A stretch of 64,000 nucleotides of DNA from positions 1 through 64,000 of the forward strand of contig NIVC01001660.1 in NCBI GenBank assembly GCA_002269645.1, written 5' to 3'. This document shows, piece by piece, positions 1-10,076 of this stretch. Every line of letters starts with the position of its first letter. Within the stretch, counting starts at the first letter, position 1. The stretch is from Macrostomum lignano. Lineage: Eukaryota. Both the position numbers and the translations under genes were made by a program. Under the pieces are notes generated by a model. The model searched no databases, was not told the origin of the DNA, and saw only the letters and a program-made list of their open reading frames with translations.

Positions 1-651
1 TAACGCTGCTGCACTAAACTCGATGTGAGAGCGCGATGTCACTTTGCTTGCATTGCGTTTATAAAAATTGGTACATTATTAACTTTACTGTTGGAATTGA
101 TTTATTCATATTCGTCCGCATTCAGATAATTATATTTCGTTAAGGTTGACGAGTGACGGTGGACTCTCGCTTCGCTTGAGCATCAGTTCTGTTCTGAGTA
201 GTGAAAAACGAAGTCGGATAATTTTTTTCAAAGAAAGTTTTTAAAAATACAGCAAATGTTCTCTGATACTACTGCTAAATATTTATTGGCTGATAGGGTT
301 TTCTGGTCAGTAATTATCTGGTCAGTAATCCGGTCAGTTCCTCTGACGCAGAATTTGATTTATCAAAGTTTGACTTTAAATTGTTCAAATTTATAGATCG
401 TTTCATCGAACTATTGGCAAGTTATCAGAATTCGAAAAAAATATTTTAACCGATATGTATCGAAAAAATATAACACTGAGAAATTCCGGCTTACGGTACT
501 CTCCATTCCAAGTAAAAGTAGCATATTTTTTAAAAACTAAAGAGCAGATATTTAAACAAGGTACAATATTTCATATTAAAACGTTAATTTCGGTAGGATG
601 ATTAGCAATAAGTACAAATGGAATAATGAACGGCGTTAAAGACAAAGAATT

Positions 652-741
652 TCCGGTGAGGCGGATTTGAACCACCGACCTAAGGATCACTGCACATTTG
701 CACTCTACAGTCCTCCGCTTTACCAACTGAGCTATCACCGG
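652..741 (-). tRNA. tRNA-Tyr(GUA) with 17-nt intron (688-704)
   Basis: Minus strand reads CCGGTGA TAGCTCAGTTGGTAAAGCG GAGGA CTGTAG [intron] ATCCTT AGGTC GGTGGTTCAAATCCGCC TCACCGG A. Perfect 7-bp acceptor stem, A and B boxes, anticodon GTA at 706-708, intron after position 37, 73 nt mature. Confidence 0.93.
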
Positions 742-913
742 GGCTGACCAGAGGGAAGTTTATCCATATGTTTAAATAAGACTGTATACTATTTTCACTT
801 GCAGATCTTGAGCTGGCTTGTACTTGTTGTCTGAGAATGCCGCCGCAACAGTCAAATTTGTGAGAGGCTAGTTTATCAAGCATGACTCAGCAAATTTCCT
901 ACTCAACCGTTGA

Positions 914-1213
<300 letters not shown>

Positions 1214-1599
1214 TGAGGGTGTTGTGCTTTTTGTGAACTGCAGTTCCTGTTTGAATGTCCTCAGGGTGCACTCTGTCATCAGCACTGTGTTCAGGGGGTG
1301 CTGTCCTCAGGTCACTATCATTAGTCGGCAATGTACACTAGCCTCTCGTTAGTGCTGCGCAATGTCAGTTTGAAAAGTTACTATACTCGTATAGATACTC
1401 CGGTGATAGAAAGTTGCTATGAGCAGTATATACATGTCCGAAGCCTCAGGCAGTTGCATTCCAGGTTGCATTCCAGCTTGTGTCATGTCCTGAGTATTTG
1501 GTACGATACCGTTATCCTCTGCGGCATGGTTTTAAATGAAAAAAAACTGTACCCAATATGTCCGGGTCAAATTTATCCGGGGAGCACTATTTATAAAAG

Positions 1600-3808
1600 T
1601 GATGTAACCGCCCTTGTCGCCTGTCCGCTCCGTAGAGAGACGAACGCATGGCTAGAGGGGGCAATGACCGTAGGCTGCCTATGACCGGGCAATGACCTGA
1701 CGGACCTCCAGCACCAGACTGTCCCGCCCACATGATTAGTAGCTTTGGTAGCGCTTCGTGACCAGAGGGCCAAGGACCCACATGGACCCCACCTGTAGCC
1801 AAGGTGCAATAGTTGGTCACTCGGTCATGGTATGACCGAGTGGCTGCCACCACTCTATGTGACCTGGCGCACCTGGATCTTTCTACCAGACCTCTCGAGG
1901 CTAGAGCCCCGCCTGGATTGGTTACCAGGGGATTTAGGCTAACAGGGGAGACGCATGCAGCCGAGTACAGGGACTCTGCTTGGGGCATGATCGGGAACTC
2001 TGGGCTCAATCCTGGAGGATTTCTCAGCAGGGGATCCTTTGTGGCTGTGAGCGAGGCTGACTTGCGACTTTGATTACTAAGAGTAGTATGAGGCGAACAT
2101 GTACTGTCTACAGTTTAGATTGCTCAGGGCGAAGGGACGCGTTAGCATGGGGTTGCAACCTTCCTACTGCCATTCTGTGCCAAGACTCGCTAATCCTCTA
2201 CTGCACGCACGCGCCCCGCAGCACGCACTCACAGGCGGGCTTTGCACGGGGAGAGGCCATTAGCTTACCCAAACTTCCTTATGCTTTGCCACCCCGGGAG
2301 AAAGGCTTAGCAAGCCATGAGTGAAATGATGGTGAAAGATTGAATAATGATGAAGTTAGTTAATAGTTAATAATTAGGCCCTTAGGCAAATAAGCAGGCA
2401 ATTAGGCGGCTTCACTATTGAGTAAAATACAGCAAAAGATACGGTATCACAATTGGCTCAGCTCTCTAATCAGACAATGGAAAATAGGCAAACCCCGGAT
2501 AAGCAAAGGCAATTAGAGCACAAATTAGTAGCAGGAACTTACCGGCAGCTGCACAGAGAGAGAGAGAGAGACGGAGTGACCGAGGGCGGCTGTAGGCTGC
2601 AGTCAGGCAGACGGTGAAGCGGCGATGCGCTGGAGCGACGAGGCGCTGATGTAGATCAGGCGATGCTGATGATGGGGCGGTATCAGACCGCTGGCCGATA
2701 GGCGAGCTCACTTGGGGAGCTAAGGATAACTTGGCGGTAACAGACCGCGGACCGGCAGGGATTCGTCTTATAGACGAATGGGTCAGAACTCAATCTGACA
2801 GCAAGTCCAAAGAAGGACGAGGAGAGGAACAGAGATAAACTCAGTTGAGTATTCTCATGCCGAAATCGCTTCCTTTTATAGACCTCACAGCCGCCTCCTC
2901 AAGGTCGTTACCATGGCTCCCTCTCTCTGATTGGCTGCCGGCAGAATGACGTCAGAATGAGTCATGATGAGAAGCATGAGACCGGCATAGCAACATGAGA
3001 AATCGGGAAATTGCGCAATCCGGAGGTGGGGTGGGGGGATAATTGGCGCAGCGGGTGGTCGCGAAAGTGTTGCGCAAGCAAACATTGAGAACAATAGGGC
3101 TGGGGTCGAGAACAAAGGAATTGGAAATCGGGGATAATTGGGGAAAACTGAGAACAATGGAAAAGTAAACATTGGAGAAAAGGTGATAATTAGGTGCGAA
3201 AACGAGAACAAAAGAAAGAGAAAATCGGAGAAAATGTGATAATTGGTGGGGGTCGAGAGAACAAAAGAAGCAAAAACGAGAACAATAGAAGCGGAGGTGG
3301 GGTGGGTGTCACATGAGAAATTTGGGAAGGAGAACAATAGCGTGAGAAAAGGTTGCGCAAGAGAGGGGGATGAGTCATCGATGAGTCACCGAGGGGGAGA
3401 AGGGGTCACACGACTTGCGTCACCGTTTGGGAGTTTGAGAGGGGATGGGGAGACGGTGAGCACACAAAGTACTGTAAGTAGACACAGGGAAAGAGGGGAC
3501 AGCGCAGGAAAAGAGTGCAGAGGGAGAAAAAAAAGGAGGAGGTAGAGAAAGTACAGGAAGAATAGGGCGGGAACAGAAGAGATAGGGTAGGGGGAGGTAC
3601 AGAAAGGGGTAGGGGCTCCGGAAAGGCAGGTGTGGCGGCAGGAGAGACGGGACCAAGGCAGCAGGAGGGTGCAGCAGAGCGGGAGTCTCCAGGCCCGGTC
3701 GGAGACCTGGCCGAGTCTCGACAGCTCTGTGCAGAGGGTGCACGGGATAGGAGGCACTTTCGAAAAAGTTCCCATGCCCTATCCCGCGACCAGAGCGTGG
3801 TTACATCA
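1600..3808 (-). repeat. 3' LTR (2209 bp)
   Basis: Direct repeat of 12446-14566 with 10-bp inverted termini. Confidence 0.95.
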
Positions 3809-3821
3809 CACCCCCACTGCC
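3809..3821 (-). promoter_or_regulatory. Polypurine tract
   Basis: Minus strand GGCAGTGGGGGTG abuts the 3' LTR. Confidence 0.7.
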
Positions 3822-4866
3822 TTTTGTGACGGAACTGGTTCCGTCATCATCACTGCCCAACATGGAACCACACAGACGGGAGCGGGATCTCAACCGAACG
3901 TGAAATCACAGAATTAACAAACCGCGAGCGGGAATGGAAAAAGGCGATAAAATAGAGGGGATAGCAATAAATTCACAAACGAGATACATAGGTTGGAGTG
4001 CAATACAGAATTTCAAAAATTTCAACTGTTGCTGTGGCTAAAGTGGGAGGGGGGAAACACAGACAGCGCAATAGTAGGGAGAAAAATAGCGAATTGTCAA
4101 CAATAAATTATCATAATTGGATAGAAGCGCAGCTGGGAAAGAGAGGAAACGGGGAAGGGTGAGGGAAGTGGGGAAAAAGAAGGGGGGAAGGGTTGCTAGC
4201 ACACAGCCAAGGGCAGAGCCTCGGGGAGAATGACGATTACACAGGGGAAAAATACTAATGCAGCGCAGTAAATTAATAAGCTAATTTCGCCGGGAGTTCA
4301 ACCGCACGGAGGCCTAGCGTCCTTGAAGGCTCGGACCCCGCTTCAGCCAGTCAGAGGGCTTCGGGGCGATCGGTTGTAGGCTGGGAGGCGCCGCGCCGTG
4401 CGCTGGCCACTGTATAAAAGGCGCCACTGATAACGGGAGCCGGCTGCCTGCAACCTACACGGAGTCGCAGTTTCCAACCAAGGCACTCAGCGCGATTTTC
4501 CAAACTATACAACTACTCGGTAAGTCCCATCACCAACCTGATTTCCTTTCGCCTATACGTTAAACGAAATCTACCCACTCGCCATGCCTTTCGTTTTAAA
4601 CTGAGCCAATTGCAGTAATAATATATGGCCTTTCTTACGGTAAAAGTAGTGAGCAGCCAACACAGAGCCATTTTTAGGAATTTTTAGAATAATGACACAA
4701 CAATGACTCGTATATTGGTTATTAAAGTTTAAAAATGAATATTATGGAAGAACCGAATATTAATAGGATAATTTCACACACACACACACGACAAACACAC
4801 AACGCAAGGGGCGGAAAGGCGGGTCGGACCGGCCGGCGGACGTCGCTCAGCAGGCAGTCAGCATCC

Positions 4867-6216
4867 TTACTCGAAATGGGCCTCTTGATTTAGCTGGTAC
4901 GGGCCATATGCCGCCACCTGAGCCATGGCACTTGCCCATGCTTCCACATAACGTTGGGCTGCCGCGGCCGTGAGCACCACTCGGTGCCATCGGCTAGGCA
5001 AGATGTCGTTGCGCAGCACGCCCCTCAACTGCGGCAGAGTCGGGATGCCCAGGGCTTGGCATTGGACGACGAAGGCCGCATTCCGTACTTGTTGCAGCCG
5101 TGTCAGAGTTGGTGCAGACAGGGGCGGCTGCGCGATTGCAAAATGCTGCAAAGTGCCACGGGGCACCTCGGCCAGGCCCGCGTAGCCGGGCTCAACGTCG
5201 CCCAGGGCCGCCAACACCCACCCACAGCGGCGATTGAACCGTTGCGAGAGAGTGGCGGCCCAGGCCACTGTGGCAAACGGCGCATAGAGGAGGGGCGCAG
5301 AGGCCGGCGCGGAGGCCGCAAGAATGCCGTCGTGGATGACGAGAGCCTCTTCCCATTCGGCGCCCTCGCTCAGGAAGCCCCAGAGCAGCCCTGGCAGGTC
5401 CGCAGGAAGCATGCCCCAGCGGCTGGCCAAGCTGGCCAGGCCAATCAATAGCCGGGCTCTCTGGGTTGGCGTCAGTTGTCTAGTCATCTGAGAGGAGGCT
5501 GCGCAGCTGATGATCACCTTCTTGTAGACCGGCCGATCGCAGGTGCTGAAGATTGCTGTGATGGGGGCACAGGACGGCGGCCGGGCTGTCAGGTGTGATG
5601 GTTCCTCATCCACAACCTTGCGGAGGAACTTGGCGGCCTGCCGGACTAGGTCGCCGAGGGCGTATTTGTAGGCGCTCTGGGCCGCTGCCTCGATGTACAT
5701 TAACAGCGTATTGTCAACCAATCCCAGCAGGGCCGCTTTTGACAGGATGAGCAGACAGGGCCGGTCCAGGTTGTCGCGAAGTTGGCGCTCTAGAGTCGCA
5801 TGCCTGTCCTCGGCCTGGAGTGGGCCATGATAGGACTCAGGCCCGACCCAGTGCACCAGATCCATAGCTGTCGCCGAAGGTTCGCCAGCCACCTGACCCC
5901 AATCGACTTCTTCTCTTTGCAGGGCGATGTCCACACTTCGGCGGCTGTTGGGCAGAACATCACGCAGGCGGCGGGCCGCCTCGCCGAATTCGGCCGCCAT
6001 GTCCGAAATGTCCGCGGTGTCGCCCCCAGCATTGGCCGGGTCGATTGTCTCGTCACCTTCTTCGACCCTGGCGGAGGCCGCCGCTGGCGGCTCGGGGCCG
6101 TCCTCCGCCTCTTGGATGGCGTCACGGGGCCGCTTTCGGCTAACTGGGCTGGCAGGACGCTCAGACGGTAAGCTGGAGCATAGCTGAATTCGATTGATGG
6201 TAGGCTTCGTGTCCAT
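4867..6216 (-). CDS. Hypothetical 449-aa protein carried by the LTR element
   Basis: Uninterrupted ATG-to-stop ORF. Acidic/Pro N-terminus with SRKRPR (NLS-like) and a helical-looking remainder. No family recognised. Confidence 0.7.
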   Translation of the reverse strand: MDTKPTINRIQLCSSLPSERPASPVSRKRPRDAIQEAEDGPEPPAAASARVEEGDETIDPANAGGDTADISDMAAEFGEAARRLRDVLPNSRRSVDIALQREEVDWGQVAGEPSATAMDLVHWVGPESYHGPLQAEDRHATLERQLRDNLDRPCLLILSKAALLGLVDNTLLMYIEAAAQSAYKYALGDLVRQAAKFLRKVVDEEPSHLTARPPSCAPITAIFSTCDRPVYKKVIISCAASSQMTRQLTPTQRARLLIGLASLASRWGMLPADLPGLLWGFLSEGAEWEEALVIHDGILAASAPASAPLLYAPFATVAWAATLSQRFNRRCGWVLAALGDVEPGYAGLAEVPRGTLQHFAIAQPPLSAPTLTRLQQVRNAAFVVQCQALGIPTLPQLRGVLRNDILPSRWHRVVLTAAAAQRYVEAWASAMAQVAAYGPYQLNQEAHFE

Positions 6217-6308
6217 GTCAAGCTGGATAGTTCATAGAATGCTTCAGCGATTGAAGGACAGAATGATTTCTCTGATTGATGATTTCCAGCTCTGGCAGGC
6301 GTGGGTCT

Positions 6309-6426
6309 TCTTATAGTGCCGGGGCTGGCTTCCCATTGGTTGAGCACATTGGGAGGCACACCTGCTGCGGCCGGGGTCGCCGTTGGCTTGGGACCGCTCG
6401 CTCTAGTCTCCGTGCGCTCTGATTGG
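6309..6426 (-). promoter_or_regulatory. Internal promoter upstream of ORF449
   Basis: Minus-strand CCAAT at 6422-6426 and 6335-6339, TATAAGA at 6309-6315, about 95 bp before the ATG at 6216. Confidence 0.5.
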
Positions 6427-8136
6427 CTGGTTCCGCCGCTTCCTGTTTCCTCACCTGTGAGCAGGGGGCAGACCCGAGACCACCTCCGGTCGCGCCCGCG
6501 GCAGATCCGTACTCCAGCCGACAGAGATCGCACTCCCACCTCACATGCACACATTCAGATCAGGCACACAAATTAATTTGGTTAATATGAATAGAAGAGG
6601 GATTTGGGAGATTAGACTCCGGAGGATAAATGATGATGCGGCCCAACTCCCTTCGATTTCTTCCTTCAACGCCACGCGCACGCAGTTCTCATCCATGCCT
6701 CCGAGACCCTCATAAACTTAACAGCCGAAAGAATTCGAAAGAGGAATTAATCATTAATTTGACTGCCACCAGTTTGATGTACTATTTAAAAGAGAAAGGG
6801 GAACCTACCACCATCTTGGCGCATTACCAAAGAAAAGAAAAGGAGGATCAGCCACCATTTTGAGAGAGGTTGCTAGGGAAAACTGCCACCAATTGCCCTT
6901 CTACCAGAGGAGAGGAAGACGAAAAACTGCCATCACTTAGAGGTGTATCATTAAAAGAAGGCGGGGAAGAAGGCTACCACTACTTGATCACCTAGAGCTC
7001 AAGGAAGGAGAGGGAATGAAGAAAGGAAGAAACCCCCAGGAAGGCCACTACCACACGCCATAAAGTTAAAATCCCCATCTATCTACATCCTAATACCCGG
7101 CTAGTTCCCTACTTCTATTTCATCCCTTAAATTCTCATTTTCAGGATTCCGGCCGCTAGTAGCCGAGCCCATCCTTGAAGAGGAGTCCGACTACGAAGCG
7201 CCCGAAGACAGCCATTCAGAGCCGGACGCCCCCTCTGATTCTGGGCCGGCTGCGCCATCTGGTGCATAGGCGCCGCGGCTCCCGGGCCATGCGACCGCCG
7301 GGCCGCCAGCGAACCAGCGTCCGGGGCCGGTTGGCATCCGGTACCACCGCCGTTGTCAGCCCGAGCGCACGCTCCGCCGCCGGTCGCCGCGGTGACGCCC
7401 GTGGCTGCCGCTCCACAGCCCTTGCCAACCCCTGTGGTGGAGACCGACGGCTCCTGGCATTTGGTCGTGCTGTCGACGGCCCTAATAGCCGGTCTCACAA
7501 TGCACTGGCTACTGCTCTTGGAGCTATTTCTGCGGCTTCCCAACTGCTGATGCTGGTGGTTCTTAATGCTTACTTACTAATTCTGAACTATCTGTCCCCA
7601 TAACTTGACTTTAATTACTTACCTGACTTTACATTGACTAAACCACTGGCCTACTCTAAACTAATTGCTGCCCCATTTGCCTGATAAACTTAATTACATT
7701 GAATGCCCCCCCTATTGCCTCATCGAAACCAATTAAAAGTTTCCCAAAATCGGACTTTCACAAAGTGTGAACAAACACACGAAATCAGACCTAAAGGTGC
7801 TAATTTCCTACGGTCCCAGACTTCCATTGTTCCCAGAAAATCTTAAACAGCGGGGCAGGACCTCCTGTGGAGCAGACCCATAGAAATTTTACTAGTTTCC
7901 AAGTTAATATTTACTGATAGGGAATTAACGCATACTGTACGGGCCTAATTTTCGAGCTAAAATCTTAGATATTTAAACAACACCAACGAGCACGAGGTCA
8001 CAACATAAATTCGAGTAATAGAGGGCATACGTAAATACGCGAAAAGCGGTCTCCAACGGGGCAACACGAGCAAAATTTCGACACGCGAATCGGGGGGGGG
8101 AATTAAGCAATCACTGGCTAGCTACCGATCTGTTAC

Positions 8137-8487
8137 TCAGCGGGGGTCGAATGGGAGACTCACACCTAGCAAGTAAACCTTTTCTGTTCGATAGTCTATG
8201 ATAGCATGCGTACTGGCTAGAAAAGCACTACCCAGGAGGGAAACTGCTGCTGAATTGCCAACGACCAGAAAGAGGATTCTCACCTCTTCTAGCCCAATAA
8301 CTGCTGTGAGGGTGGCCTGGCCTAGCATCTCTAATTCATTGCCCGTGTAGGACACGGCCTTCACACATGGGGGCTCCAGGGCCTCCACACTCTGTCCGGT
8401 AATTTTAGTAAAGTCTTTGACTGTTAGCAAAGACAGCGCACTGCCCCCATCTACCAGGAGGCGGGTGGGAACATTCTCAATTGGCAA
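8137..8487 (-). CDS. Retropepsin-like aspartic protease
   Basis: TRLLVDGGSALSLL (D[S/T]G position), AVSYTGNELEMLG flap-like segment, LLGSAFL...IIDY. Followed by a stop and no RT. Confidence 0.75.
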   Translation of the reverse strand: MPIENVPTRLLVDGGSALSLLTVKDFTKITGQSVEALEPPCVKAVSYTGNELEMLGQATLTAVIGLEEVRILFLVVGNSAAVSLLGSAFLASTHAIIDYRTEKVYLLGVSLPFDPR

Positions 8488-8638
8488 CTCTACAACAATA
8501 TCTCTCCCGCGTTGTCCTCAGCTGGTCTTGGCTGATAGAAATCGGGTACCTTCTCAAATCTAAACTTCTTGCTGGGCGGACGTGGCAGGTTAAGCTGGGC
8601 CCTAGAGAGGGAACGGGGCTGAGTTCGGGCCGGGCCAT

Positions 8639-10076
8639 TCAGCCCTCCCACGGGTTTCCCGAACCCGGGGGCTCTTCAGGCGTGGAAGGAGGAGGCATCA
8701 GAGCTTGCGCGCGCAGCTGGGCGAGCCTCTCCTGCCTCTCCCTGGTAGCCTCGTCTAACATATCTCTGCCCCACTCCTCTAAATCTTGCCTATGGCGATC
8801 AGGTGGCGCACGAAGCTGCAATTGCTGCTGCTGCACACCGCCGGCGGCGCGTGGGCGCTCCTGAATTGCAAGCGGCGGGGGCTGGGGTTGGCGCCAGTTC
8901 CTACTGCTATTAGAGCCGCCCTGCCCCTGCCTCCAGTTCCTGTTGGGAGTGGCGGGGCGAGGGGGCCTCATCTGCTGGGCAGCTGGGCAACAGACTCTGC
9001 TGTCGCCTTCATAGTTTCATTGAGCTGCACCAGCTGGTTGCGCAGATCCTTTTGCGTTTGCTCTAGCGCGCCCAACCTCTCTTGCATCTCTGATAGGCCG
9101 TCACCGTCCTCCTCCGTCTCGTCAGCTTCCTGGTTCACCATCCTGACCACTTGCGAGGGGCCTGGGTGGCTGCTGAGGTTGCAGACGGACTTCGGTGCGG
9201 GACTCAGACCTGGGCGGGCCACTACTGTCCCATTTCCCGGCTAAGTCTGCGGCTTCTAACAGGGCTTGCTGCTGTTCTAACACCTGCTCAATTGTCTGCC
9301 AGCGACGGCTCAACAGATCTTGTCTGACCTGGCGGGGAGCTTAGCGTGTTCCAAGTAGGTGTACACGATTTCTTGTTCTCTCTGCTCACCCTGAATCTGA
9401 GGAAACATGGCCGTTATCTGAGATCTTATCATAGCAGCAAAAGCACTATGTGATTGGCCGGGTTTCTGGCTCAGATTCTTCAGCTTATTTCTCTTAGCCA
9501 GATCAGTGTTGGCCTCGCCCAACTGCTCTCCTAATCTAGATACGAACTGCTCAAAGGGCAATTGCCCGTCCAATCCTAAGGCTAAGTTCTGAAATTCACC
9601 TGGGAGGTGCGAGATGAGCACCTGCTTCCTAGCCTGATCTCCTACAGTTCTCTCCGCGTCCAGCTTGTAGATCATTCTCTCTACCCATTGCACAAAACAG
9701 TGTTCGCCGGGAGAGAACTTTTCTACGTAGATTTTCGGCCTCTGGGCGTCTTGGCCCATGTTTAGCTGGTTAAACGCATTGGCTATAGCGGCAACTAAGT
9801 CTCCTAGCTGCGGGACTGCCTGAGGAGGATTCTGGGCTGCGTCCGGGGGAGCAGCGGCGGCTGCTGCGCCACCCTGATTGGAGCGGGAGCTGCTACTCCT
9901 TCATCTGGTTCCTCAACTACTACTGCTTCTGGAGGCTGAGGGACCTGGTTACCAGCGGCTGCGGCCATTGCGGCTGCGGGGGCGGCAACTGCTGGGGTGT
10001 CAGCGGCCGAGGGTGGTTGACCAGGGGCGTCTGCGCACACAGCTTCTACGACCCTATCTCCACGCGCCCGTGACAT
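8639..10076 (-). pseudogene. gag: Retrotransposon gag, broken by several single-base frameshifts
   Basis: Ala/Pro-rich N-terminus, then gag-like core (VEKFSPGEHCFVQWVERM...LSQKPGQSHSAF), coiled coil and Arg/Gln-rich tail. ORFs 9804-10076, 9310-9759, 9122-9313, 8968-9222 and 8639-8971 join by frame shifts. Confidence 0.75.

Noticed and set aside
1587-3917. ORFs within the LTRs (and their copies at 12386-14871)
   Set aside because: Short, low-complexity, differing between the two LTRs by indels, with no recognisable motifs.
4867-6216. env gene
   Set aside because: Right position, but no signal peptide, furin-type site followed by a fusion peptide, or C-terminal membrane anchor is evident.
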